64,000 nt of DNA from Klebsormidium nitens (Eukaryota; Plantae; Klebsormidiophyceae), in NCBI GenBank assembly GCA_000708835.1, contig DF237133.1:62001-126000 (forward strand), written 5' to 3'. The notes beneath the pieces are model-generated. The model was not told the DNA's origin and did not search any database. It saw only the letters and a list, made by a program, of their open reading frames with translations. This document shows positions 25,112 through 37,400 of this stretch, piece by piece. The first letter of the stretch is position 1. Each line of letters opens with the position of its first letter. A program made the position numbers and the translations under genes.

Positions 25112-26403
25112 GAGTAGCCAGCCTATCCCCAGCACAAGTCAAGGGTCTGACGTGTCGCTAAAGCCAGATGCTCATTGGTTGCTTCCGGCCACGTCGACGA
25201 TCGGGGGATCACCCTGGTGAATTTTGGAGGGCAGGCGTAAGTTCTCTCGGCAAGCAAATCAGCGCGGCAGCATAGCTAGATATAAGGTCCGCGGTCTAGG
25301 ATAAGCGGTTCTCTAAGATTGTCTAGAGTCGATGACACGCTCATAGGTACGACGTTTTCTGTAGCTGACGTGTATGCAAAGAACTTATAGTAGATCAGCC
25401 AATCTTTGAGACATCAACTTGTAGAAAGATTCATGATCGACCATAAATGATAATTAGGGTAGGCAAAAGTTTAGGTAAAAGACTGATTTCCACATGCATC
25501 ACGCTTGCATTGAGCTTGCGCTGCTGAGTTTGATAGTGACAAAATCTAGGCATTAATACGTAGGCCATGAAGAAGCAGATCAACCAGAAAGTGCTTCATG
25601 GAGCAAAACTACGGCCGCTGCAAACAGATGGTCTTTGTTGACCCAATAGACCAGGCAAAGACCCGGTAACTGCAGCAATTGTTGAACAAGTAATAATAGT
25701 ATGGCATTGGAATTTAAAGGTTGACAAACAATACAAGTCGGTTAATCACGTCCTGTGTTGCAGGCTTCTATACAGGTGGGGACAGCTGATCTACATGCGC
25801 GATCTTCTGAGCGCGCAACCTTACATCAGAGGCTCGCTCTGATGCACTTACATTGAAAAGCAGATGCTTGATTGCATTCTCGCACTCAGAGTAGTCATTC
25901 GTCACCGCGAGCATCATTGATTGATTGCAAGATTATTGTTTTTTGGGGTGGGGCTCCAACCCCGCCCCAACGTTCGCAGTAATTCTGACACCTTGTTAAA
26001 GAAAGCTCTTCAAAGGGCAAGCTGGACAATGTTGTCAACAGAAACAAAAAGGCGCCCATCTTTTGCCGATTGAAGCGTGTGAAGATCTGGCGATGTCAAG
26101 CTTGACGGGCAAATCGGTCTGTACAAGATCTGATTGGAGCGACTCTCGAAGGAAACCGTTCGCTGCTGTTGCTTTAACTCTGGCCCTCTACTACCAAGGA
26201 ATCGAGTCGGTTCGCGCTTGTCGGGTGGTTTTCAAAAGCTAGCGTTCTCATCTATGGACCGCTTGATATCATCGATGTCATGCGGCATGAGCGGCAAGCT
26301 CTTGCCAATCAGTGCACTACCAAGTTTGTTTTGCTCATATACAGCTAAGACCAGTACAAACGTTGCAGGCTGCGAAAGGAGGTGATCTCTCTCGCTCTAG
26401 TTC

Positions 26404-29400
26404 CTATCTGCAAGGGTCGGGGCCGTTCGCTAGGAGGCTGGCGCTGAGGCGGAGCGCGCCGCCCTGAGTGTCGGCCGCCGTCAGGTTGCTGCTCGCGAAG
26501 CCGGTCGCGGCGACGACCTGACTGCGCGCGCACACAGGAGGAAACACGAAGGCGTCAGACACCGACATTGTGACGTCAGAAGAGTTGGCGACTTGCTGCT
26601 CGCGTAGCCGGCCGCGACTGCGCACGCACAGGGAGAAAGACGAAGGGGTCAGACAGGAGATTGCGACGTCAGAAAAGTTGGACACTTGTCAAGAGGTCTG
26701 CGATTTGCCTTGCTGCTCGCATAGCCGGCCGCGGCGACTAGTACATGCCTGCGCGCGACCAGGAGAAAGGAGCAAGGCGCCAGACAGGAGATTGTGACGT
26801 TAGAAACGTTAGCTGCGGGGACTGCAGCCGCTGCTTGCGTGGTCGGCTAGACTGCGAGCGCCCCGAGGTACGAGCCGAAGACGTCAGAAATGACAATTGT
26901 GACGTCACAGAGGAGAGACGCCTCGAAAAGACGGGAAAGGAGATGGCACAGACGAGAGACGTTTCTGTAATCGTCGCCGGTCTGGCTCCAGATGGACCAG
27001 TGGTCACCTTTTCTTGGTTATAGCCCGGGCGAGGAAAAGCAAGTGGGAGTCGTGCACGTGGCATTGAGCAGCGAAAAGTGGGCGAAAGTCTATCCCGACC
27101 GCGGCTCGGAAAGCTTTGAAGCTCGTCCGTTGTCAAAGCGGGGTCAAACGATCTGATTGGACCAATCGCTGCGGTTCAAGGTCGGTACGATCAGTGGACC
27201 TGTTTGACGATAACTTACCTGACGAGCACTTGGGCGTTGAGAGATGCAGACATTTGCAGGGATCCCCCTGGCTGCAAAAGAACAGAAACAGTTCATGAGC
27301 AATAATCGAATACTGAGAAACGCGGTGACAGCGGCGTGGCCTAATCAGTCAGATACGGTTGAAAAGGGTTTCAAGGATGTCGCAAGAGCTGCTTGAAAAC
27401 TCTCGCCCTAGTTCGCTTCGCAGACTGGCGCGCGAAGAAGTTCGATTGAAGTCGTCGGAAACAACTTCCAGCGTAACGTGTGGCGACATGTTACTTGAAC
27501 TGGATACAGAACCCAGTGGGTATCAGGAGACAGGTATTCACGCCCCAGTCTCAACGGCAATACTTTTGACTATCGGGGGCGCGACATTTGATGAAGTTGG
27601 GTTGGTTTTACAAGTCTAATTTTAAAGGTTTAGGACTCGAATAAGGCTCTAGAAGATAGGGCTAAAATGAAACTCTTACCTGAGCTTTGAATGTCCCAGT
27701 CACGTTGAGCCGAGGCGTGTTATTGAAAAGGAGGTCCCTATCGCGGACGTCGATGTCCTGCCCCGTCAGCGTTCCGTTCACCCGACCGATATAGATCGTT
27801 CCGCCCGTGAACTCTATGGAGTAGCTGCCATCGGACTGGTTGACCGGAAACGGCGGGGCTGCGAAGAAAGAAAGGACGCATGGGTGAAAACCCTCATGGT
27901 CCTGTCTGTTTTTCTAAAAGAAAGTCGGAAAGGAAAGATTTTGATGCAGTTTATGCTTCTTTTTGGAGACTCAAAGACAAGCGGGGGTCGCTGCAAACAA
28001 AGATCCGTTAAGGAGACGGAGTCAGTGTCTGCGAAGGGTCGTCATGGATCTGAGCTTTGGCGATTTTGGGCCAAGTCTCTGAGATGATTTCATCTTGTAA
28101 GCGGAAAGATGGCGCTGCAAAATCAATCAGAAGATACTGCACGACGCAATTCGGCGGCTTGACCTAAGACGGCGAAGCTTGCGTCAGTGCAGGTCAAACT
28201 GCTAGTCCTCCCGGGAGAGGGATGCCAAGCGGAAGCGAAGTTCTGGGCAAAAGAGATTGTCGGTCGAAAGCTGAAACTCCGGATCTGAGCGACAGGGGCA
28301 TGAGGCAATTGCGGAGTCCGTTCCCTCGAATGAAGACGATGGAACGGCGAATGAGATCAAGAATACGTTTGCACCCTGTGAGCGAAAATGAACGACAGCA
28401 TGTGCAATTTGTGCGTAACTGTTGAGCCGGGTATAAGCAAGCGGACCACGTCGGAAGCCCACTAGACGGTGGTCGATGATTCCGAAGGTCGGCCTGCGTA
28501 TGGGGAAGAAACATATACTTCGCCCACACCTTTCCAAAGCGTCGAGGAATGTGCACCCAAGTCCTGCGCCTGGTGTAAACCTCAATGAGCAATTTCGGAG
28601 CAAGCGCACTGGCGCCCACGTTGCAGAGGCGAGAGAGATCAAGAGGCCACGAAATCAAGAGGCCGCTCGATTACTCACTCGAAACGTTCAGCGAGACATT
28701 TGCGACGGTCACGGTCCCCGCGAATCCCCGGGTGGTGTTGGCGGAGACGGTGAAGACCGGAGGCGAGGACGTGATGTTGGTGCCCACTACAGACACCTGT
28801 GCGCGCGCACACAGGCTTGGATCAGCCGAGTTTCCTTGAATTCATTCTTTAGAAGTTCTTTCGGGTCAGCCAATTTTCTCAAGGGGAGTTGTGATCGCTA
28901 CACCAGCATTAATTGTACAGAATGGAGTGTCTTTCCGTTGAACGTCCAGGGAACCTTTGCAGCCAACAATGAATTGAAGGTTTTTTGTCCTCCTTACTCG
29001 CCTAGGGCCACTCTTTGAGGCTCGATCCAGTGCAACGTGCTGACGGCATCTTTGCTCGAATTGATCTGCTTGATTCTGATTGAATCCCCACAAGCGAAAC
29101 CCCATACAAACCGATGGACGGGTGTATCTGATCAGTCGCTCCGCGAAGAGTCTATGCAGCTTAGAAGAGAAAGGAGGGTCTCGTTCGAAAGCATGCCCAA
29201 TGATTTGGATCGAAACTTAAAGCGCAAGCACCAGTTTCCAAGTTGATGTCGTCGTGCTTACGTTCAAGGGCAGCGCCGCTGACCCGCACGCGATGATGTT
29301 GAGCTGTATCACGCCTGCAGGCAAGTCGCAGTGTCAGACGTCTGTCGTGGGCTCTCAAGAAGTCTTGAGCTTCCTCCAAGCAGTAAACACTAATCTGGAC

Positions 29401-30108
29401 TATACGAGGCTGTACCTCTGTGAACAAAGCAGAACAAAGCGCCCCTAACGTACCTCTGTGTACGGAGTTACATTCGAGAAGTTTCCGCAAGGTTCTGTTC
29501 TAGGGAGTTGATCATGCAAAGTCATCGCAAGTCTTCGCCGAGTTATCTTCTTAAGAAAACTCGACTCCTTGACTCTATTTTCAAAATCAGCTGCAGCGAA
29601 AATGCAGCTTTTTGTCACAATTTATCGAGTCAGGGCATCGCCCAGGGTCTCTGCATGTGAGCTCACAAAGTTTTATCCAGAAACGTGACCCGCTTTCACT
29701 GAGGACTTTCACCGCATCTTCGGAAAACGTAACCTGCTGCTCTGGTTTTTTCAAAGATCACCTCTTTTGACGAGTGGCAATTCCTTTAAACAGGCCTTCA
29801 GATCAAGCGCTGACAAGCTTTAGAAAACTGGCTCTGGAGACGGTTCGTCACAGGCTCTCCCTTAGAAGCGAAGGCAGCAAAGCAAAGACGGAGGCAACTT
29901 TCAGCAAGATGAAGAAGAGCCCACCTGTAGTTTCCGTTTGGGGGGGGTTAAAATTGAGCGAGAACCCGGTGGGTCCGCCGGAGAAGCGCGGCGCGACCGT
30001 CGAGTCCACCCCGGATATGCTCAGGTTGGTGTTCCCCTGCCCCCGGACCCCCCCGGCGCAAAACAGGCAGAAAAGGCACGTGGCCAGAAGCACGAAGCGA
30101 GCAGCCAT
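26404..30108 (-). CDS. Uncharacterised secreted beta-strand-rich glycoprotein, paralog B, 234 aa
   Basis: Six exons: 30108-29925, 29314-29262, 28796-28679, 27858-27680, 27271-27219, 26521-26404 (705 nt), all GT-AG and phase-consistent. Signal peptide MAARFVLLATCLFCLFCAGGVRG. The mature chain has 11 N-x-S/T sequons and two Cys (IACGS; GPDPCR*). Exon structure matches paralog A. Confidence 0.9.
26522..26925 (-). repeat. Array of three extra degenerate acceptor plus exon-6-start units in intron 5 of paralog B
   Basis: Acceptors (cgcag|) with first exon-like base at 26617, 26748 and 26851, versus the true one at 26521. Each has a polypyrimidine tract and ctgac-like motif and is followed by a variant of GCCGGCT(A/T)CGCGAGCAGCAA. 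Confidence 0.8.
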
Positions 30109-31022
30109 TGCTGAAGAATGGTTTGCCCAAACGATATGAGATTAAGTCGTGATTATCCTGCCCACGAATTTTGAATTGTGGCGCGAAATGGCTGAGCTTG
30201 ATCGCTTTTTCAAAGACAGGCGGGAAGAAAAGGAGCGCCCCACCGCGTCTTCTTCTCGAGATGGTGAAGCGTGCAATCCCACCGAGTGCCAGCTCAGAAA
30301 ACCTGGTCAATTGGGTCGACCTGTAATTTTATCTCGTATGTCGGAATAAAATCTTCCCCGCATGCATGGCTGACCCAAAAGAGACATCAGCATACTCGCA
30401 TTTGGGCTGCTGCCGGGAAGATCGACTGTCAGGCCACCGATCGTCGCAACTCTTCACTGTCCTGGCCTGCGATCGGCCGGGTGCTCGTACATGAGACGAG
30501 TTTCAAGTGGGCGCATTCAAACACGTGGCAGGGCCATGCACCTGCAGGGACTCAAAATAAGCTGAGCTTTGCTTGGGACCGGAAGGGTACAGCTTTTAAG
30601 AAGAGTATTTGGATCCGCGAGGGCCTAAGCTTTGCTAAGTCAAATCTCGATCACCAGCTCCTTGTAAGAGACGGTTGTTTACAGTCATGCTCTCATGGGC
30701 TCGAGCTTTATCAAACCAAGACTCAAAAGATCAAGCAGGTCACCTAGTGCGGTTTCAATCATGCTTTGACCCGCACCTAAAAAAAAAATGGATGGCCGCT
30801 GTTGGACGTTCAGATTCGTCGTCCAATTAGGTATCACATAGACGAAGTTGGACGGTCCTGCGATCTGCTCCCGGCCGGTCCCGGTCCCTTCCGTCACAAA
30901 GTATCGCAAGCTTCATACGATCCGGTCGTCTGACGTCCCAGAGCGATGCTGGAATATGTAAAAAGCTTGCATCGATTACGTCTTCCTATGCGAGGGGCCG
31001 TCATTTGCAGCGCGAAGCGAGG

Positions 31023-32900
31023 CTAGTGATTCGTAGGGGCCGCGAAGGGATTATGCATCACACGATCCGAATCATTGAGTTGCTCCATCGTGGCGTCATG
31101 CTGGTTTGCTTGATGAAGATGAACAACCTCAACAAAGAAGCCAGAAGCGTGTTCAAACTGTTTCAAGTTGCAGCTCGACGGTGATATCTTGGTGAAACAA
31201 GATTGACTCGCATAATCTTGCAGCACGGTCTGAGCGTCGGTCCGAGTGTTTTCAAGTCTGAGCTACACCCTTTATAGGACTGTAGTATTCTACACTACAA
31301 AGAAGGTATTATCCGAAGGTCAAGGCTGCCGCTGCTGCTTTTGACGGGGCACTTTTCAGTCTTTAGAGACGTCATCAAGCCAGAAGACGCTTGGTATCAC
31401 CAGATACTATACAGGTAAAACTTGCAATCAAGCTGAAGTCATCGCTTTAAGAAACTCTAGCAAGCACACAAGCTTGTCAACGGAGACAACAAACTTATCC
31501 AACATATTCTGGCAGCTCCTTTTGTCTCCGTCGACAATCAAACGTCAATGGCGATCGAAGGACCATCCAGAAAGTTCAACTTTCCATTGTAAACAAGCAC
31601 CTCCGTGCCTATCGTCCCCCCCAGAAGCCAGACCGTACTGATGCCCATCATCATGGAACCAAATAAACCTCCCCGCTTGCCTCCGAACCGTTGCCTGCCC
31701 GCTCATCGATCCGCGTGCACTCCTCCCAGGACGTCGCCCCTAGCTTAAGGGCCGTAAGGGTGTTCGTCGCTTGCGATGCAAGGTTGACACCGTTCACGAA
31801 CTCAAGCAGGCCCAGCCAGCCTGCCGCAAGGGCCGCCACATAAATGCTGACCGCGAGCCCAATCATTGAGTCTCGCGCGGAGTCAGATGCATAGCCTATC
31901 CCCATGCCCAACCACGTCACTATGTTAGCGACCACTAGGATCCCCCCGTACTGGGCATTATAATCTGCTGCGCTGGCAATCTTCTCAACGGCGGTTACGA
32001 CGCTGTTCTTTGCAGCTTCTCTCACTTCTTCTATCTGCGAGGAGCTCCAGGGCTCCTCATACAATATGGGTTTTTCGTCCAGGCTTCTGGGCTTGTCCTT
32101 GAAGGCCGCTTTGCTCCCCCAGGGCTTCGGGCGGTCATTATCCCACTGCAGAAATGAGCCTGGGGGACCGTCGCCAAGGCTGTGGCAAATCATTCTGATG
32201 ATACTCAAAGGCGGCGCAAGAGTACCACCGCGGGTTGATGATTCGTCAGGGAGCCAACACTGCGGTGCGTCAGCTTCTGGGCAGCTAAGAATGTACTGCA
32301 TCCCGAGGTCGTCTCGGTACAATGCAGCATAAAAGATATACCCAAGGGCCGTAAGTATGGAGCTCAGAGGCACGAGGACCCCAGTCCACGCATATGTCGT
32401 CCGCCACCCAACGCTGTTGCCGCCATGGTTTTGACGCGGGAGCGCGGCAGCCACCCACAAAAACGCTGTCGTAACAAGCCAGGAGATGCCAACCAAAATC
32501 CCGCTCCGAATCACTGCCCTCAGCTGAGGCCTCCCTGGCACCCCCGACGCGACAAAGTTGTACCGCACCTGGCCCACAGCGGCGCTGCACTTGTGCATGA
32601 CTTTAGGTCCCGTTCGGCCGCGCAGCTCCACGCCGCCTTGTTTTTGCATAGGGACCGAACCCCGGTGTTTCACCGCTGCTCAAAGAAGTACCAGCACAGG
32701 TTGCTGTACACGTCGTCATGGTCCAGGATCGTGGCTTGGTCCGCCTTCTGGCGGGACGCCTGAAACAGGAACCAGGCGAGAATGTATGTGACAGGGGACG
32801 CGAATGCGAGCATCGTCAGCACAGTGCGCGGGCCCATACCATCGGGGCCCACGTCATCATTGGCGAATGGTGCATTTTCGCAGCTGCAGTTGGCAGCCAT
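31023..32900 (-). pseudogene. Near-intronless multi-TM protein gene, apparently disrupted (frame break near 32670; decayed 3' part)
   Basis: ORF 32900-32670 (MAANCSCENAPFANDDVGPDGMGPRTVLTMLAF...) overlaps the 340-codon ORF 32673-31651, which has several TM segments. Beyond 31651, protein-like text continues in shifting frames with in-frame stops (FHDDGHQYGLASGGTIGTEVLVYNGKLNFLDGP; LIVDGDKRSCQNMLDKFVV; VFWLDDVSKD*KVP). An 89-nt intron (CG|gtgaaa...gtgcag|C) could alternatively repair the first break. Confidence 0.45.
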
Positions 32901-34436
32901 GAGCTCCAGTGACTAGCTGCAGCTCTTTCAGCTGGTAGGATTAGATTGAGTCTGTGAATGGGCTACCGTGCCAGCTGTCTCAAGAGGGGCGCCCTGATGA
33001 GCGCACCCTTCAACAAACTCCGAAACTTGAAAGCCGCCATCAGGCGCTAGGTCCCCCAATGAAACTTACTAGGGCAAACGAGGGGCGCATCACACAACGG
33101 AATCTGACATAAGCAGTAGGAGCACAGTCTGCATTTCCCAGCCATCCCGATCCTTCTCAGTCCACTTGCACCGGGTATTACTGATATGTGTACGGTCAGG
33201 TGCCGCCGGCAACTCTCCTAAGATACTTCTGCGCGCGGACCTTTTCTTCCTGAGTTTCGATCGTCCGATGACATCGCAAACTTCGGTCGGCCGTCCGATT
33301 TAGAAGCCTCTCGCGGGCCGCGGCCCAGCCGCGAGGGTCTGGGCCGCCGCCCGAATTCGGCCCGGCGGACTGCTGCCGCGAGTCCGGAGTAGACAGAAGT
33401 CAGCAAACTAATAGCACCAGGTAACACTGAAGCAGGTCCGGAATCGAAGAGCGGGTTGATAGGTTGATCAGGAGAGACGGCCGGCCTGTTTCGTCTTCCC
33501 GTATCGCTGCACTACTGGCAGGATGAAAAGAAAGGACGCTCTGGTCGCAGCAGCTTTCTGATTCTCATAATGCATGTATACAGCTGGTGTTTGCGCCGAA
33601 TTAGCTGGACCGAGTCTCTCTGATAATTGACCTAACGGGCGTTCGGTCAACCCCTGGTCAACCTCGTGGACTAGATATTTTTCGTGCGAGCAGCCATTGG
33701 CACGGAGTAGTAGGCTTGCTCTGATCATGCGGCTCGATCTAGCTAGCCAGATAAGTCTCCTTGAATCGGTTTAGATGCACACTTTCACTCTGTAATGGCG
33801 CTTCGCCATGCAGCCGCAATGGCCGCCGATATTGAACTAGGGTTCCTGGCAGAAGCCCAAGTAAAACGAACCACAGAGACCCGAGATGGTTCACTAAAAG
33901 CTTACTTTCACTCTGCAGTTCAAACGTTGTTATTCAAGATAGCGGACCTATTTGCAGAACTGTTTTAGTTTTCGAAAGGGCTGCTTGGTTGGATCGGCTG
34001 AGATGCGGTGTCTCGCCCTGCTCGTCACTTTTGAAGACTACAAGAAGCTGGAGAGGCATCTGTATTCCAAAGAATATGGAGGCAAGTTACGTGCCCACTA
34101 TTTGGCGTCAGGTTTCCAGCCTTGGAATCAAAACCTACGTGTGAAGCAACGCAAACTGAAATTGAAAATTGTCAAATGCACAGGCAAAGTCAAAAGCACT
34201 TCGTGACATTTGATTAAAAACGCGGCGCATCGGCACATAGCGGCGCTAGTCGCAGTTCGTCCACAGGCTGCAATCGTTTTTGTAGTCGATCGTTGCTCTG
34301 TCCTATTGATGGCATGGGACTGGTTGCTAGCTTCTGTTCACAAAAGACTGGTCGCACTTTAAGAAAGAGCTCAACCTCGCACGCTTTCTCGTGTTCTCTT
34401 CAAATAGAGTCTACTTGTCCTCCTAGATAAGGTTGT

Positions 34437-37400
34437 TTACTTGCACGGGTCCGGGCCGCTTGCGAGGAGGCTGGTCACGAGCCGGATGGCGCCCCCGCTT
34501 GTGTCGCTCGCGGTCAGCTGGCTGCCCGAGAAGCCAGCCGCGGCCACGATCTGACTGCGCGCGAGACAGAGAAGAGCGGCACGTCAGCAAATTTGGTCAG
34601 CGTATCCAGGTCTTTCTGACAAATTATGGTCGCGACCTGACTGCGGGGGCAGAAAAACGAGCGGCACTTCCGTTCCAATCCGATGAAAAGCCCACTTGCG
34701 GTGAAGGTTCGGTGCTTTAATCCCAGCTTTCAAAGACAGGAATGAGACACGGTTGCGGAAAAGTAGGATAATGGAAAGAGTAGAAGATGCACGTCGATCG
34801 TTACTAATCCTGTCTTCTTCCTGGCTTCCTCGGTAGGTAGAGCGTTTTTTTGACCAAAGCATCAGCATATGTGTTTCATGAGACCTGCTGGGCGAGACCT
34901 GGGTCTTTCTACATGCTTAGAGGTATGTTATCCAGATAAAGCTTCACCCGAACAGATGGAGAAAAGTTCGACTCCCGAGGTCTTATCACCGAGACTCTCA
35001 CTAACTCCTTCCGTGTTTTCCGGTGAGGGATCCTCATTATCCGTTTGGGCTCCTGTGTGTTACTCTTACCTGATGAGAACCTGCAGGTTCAAGGAGGCAC
35101 TCATACTGAGGGTTCCCCCAGGCTGCGACACAGAGATGACGGTGATTAGTTATCCAGGAGAGACGGTGCTTCTGACGAGGCTCACTGCTCTAACATGGTG
35201 CAGAATCACGAGCAGTCTTTCCTGCTTTCGAACCCGAGTCTACTTCGCGAGAGTCCCGGAATGCAAATACAGAAGCAGTTTCTGACGCAAAGAGAACACA
35301 AGGACAGGGCCTAAAAGGTACGGACTGGGCGAAAGACGTTACGTTTGGGAGGAAGGTACCGATCAAACATGGAGTGCCAACGCTGAGGTTATTTAGCAAT
35401 GATTCAGTCATAAGAAAGGCATCTTTGGAAAGAAAGGTCAAAGCTGCAGCTCACGTCAGCTCGTGACGGTGATTGCTTTGTACTTCGCTACAAGAAGCGC
35501 TTCCCTAGAAGGCAAATTCGAAATCAGATGCCCAGAAGTAGGAGCTTTTGAACGATAATTTTGGCTGCTTGCCCGGGCTCTGGATTCGACGGGCGGCTTT
35601 GCGTCTAAAATCTATTGACCAAGTTGAAAAAGGATGGTGCCGGGCATTGAAAATTCTTGCGCTCAGAATTCAACATCGATCTGCATAGCATTTGACCTTC
35701 CCTTACCAGGGCCTTAAAGTTGCCGGTGACGGGCAGGCTGGGTGGGTTGCTGAAGGAGAACTGCTTGTTACTGAAGTCAAGAGGCCTCCCCGTCAGGGTT
35801 CCGTTCACACGGCCGATGAAGAGGGTTCCGTTGGATATTTCGACGGAATAGCTGCCGTCCGTCTGGTTGACGGGAAACGGCGGAGCTGCAGAAGGAGGAA
35901 GAAGCCAATATGGAGAGCAACACTTTGCTGATCCATTCCATGGCCAATCGTATGATGATCCCTCAGGGCGTTCGAATCAGGGGCTGCGGGGTGGCCATTT
36001 AGAAGAGCCCACGTGGCGTTCTCGCCGAGCCAGAACGATCGAACACGGACAACGATAGAGCATTTGTGGGCACTTCTGACACAAAGCTAGCAGCAATCAT
36101 TCACAGGAAGCGTAGTCGAGACAGTCGTGGCGGCTCAAAGGTGAAGATAGCGAGACAAGGAAAGTACACGCCGCGCGGAAAGATGAGCCTGCAATCGTAC
36201 GGGAAACGCAAGCAGCCACTAGGAGAGAGGACCAGGAACGAGAAGAATGAAAAGGCGAAGACTGGGCCAGCTAAAACGACGGTCAAGAAGAAAAACCGGA
36301 GCAGGAAAAAGAAGAAAAAGGGAAGACAACTCAGAAGAAAAGAACAAACCGAAAAGAGAGTAGGAACCCGAAACGTACTCGTCACGCTGAGGACTATGTT
36401 GGTGATGGTCACCGCTCCCGCAAATCCGCGGGAAGTGTTGGCCGACACAGTGTAGACCGCGGGGGTGGAGGTAATGCTTGTGTTGGCGATTGCCACCTGT
36501 CATCGGACACATGTCAGCGGCGCGCTTCTTTGTACGCTTACCGGATTGCATCATTTGTCTTCCTCGATCTCGAAGATAACCAAACAGCTTTCTGCAAACG
36601 GTCACGAAATAAGACTTCCATCAAAAGTACGAGGGTTTTACTTTACGAAGCTTTTGAACTTCGGCTTTCCGTGATCAGATTGAGGCGAGTTCAGTCATAG
36701 GTAGACGTCCAGAGGAAAAGGTCCTTCCTGTATGAAACCTGGACACATGGTTGGGAAGTTGGGATTTGACGGGGCAGGTCTCTTGTATTCTGAAGTCCTC
36801 TCTGCCTTCCTCGAGTCTTTCCAAAAGAAAAACGTACAGATACTCAAGATGAGGCAGTGGGCGATTGAATGAGTATTTAGTGACGGCAGGCTTACGTTTG
36901 AGGGCAGTCCCGCTGATCCGCATGAGATGACGTTGGCATCAATCGTACCTGGAAATATGGTTTGTCGTAGTTCAAGCTCTCTGAATTATGTCACCGCTTT
37001 CTCATGTACAAGGATACTGACTGATCCGCGTCACACGTCGTAAGCGGCAAAATCTGGGCTTCTCCTGTTGAGATTTTTCAAGCGTCGAACGAACAAGCCC
37101 TGGATCGGTGAAGCCGGCAGACATTACCATTAATGGTGGCAGGTTCCAATAAACCAGAAGCTGAAGATGTTTATGAAGGCGTTTGCCATCGGTACTTGCG
37201 ATTGCTTCAGTTTGGAAGCGCTTCTTGGTGTTTCAGTAATAGATCTACACAAGGAGCTGGCTAATTCGACAATGTCAAGAGATGCAAAATCTGCGGACAC
37301 TTCAGGTCCGCGGCTGAGCAAGTGAACACCAGTTTACGTCATGAAACTGTTGATACTATCAGACCTGTATGGGTCCTTTTGAAGAAGAAATTACTAAAAG

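Noticed and set aside
25943-25970. GC-rich hairpin (ttggggtgggg...accccgccccaa) as a Helitron end or terminator
   Set aside because: No CTRR terminus at the expected distance and no matching 5' end seen.
26522-26925. Repeat-spacer-like array considered as CRISPR
   Set aside because: The units are degenerate, irregular in length and homologous to a splice acceptor and exon start. No cas genes, and the context is eukaryotic.
31258-31270. tRNA-like 5' end GGGTGTAGCTCAG on the minus strand
   Set aside because: The following sequence does not fold as a tRNA.
32670-32673. Stop/start overlap (GTGA) suggesting bacterial-style translational coupling
   Set aside because: The context is eukaryotic, the second start is GTG, and no RBS is evident. 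A frameshift or short intron explains it better.
33218-33728. Two short minus-strand ORFs upstream of the disrupted membrane-protein gene
   Set aside because: No splice model links them and no motifs were recognised.
36066-36455. Lys/Arg-rich plus-strand ORF (129 aa)
   Set aside because: Antisense reading of a polypyrimidine-rich intron and exon 3 of paralog A.
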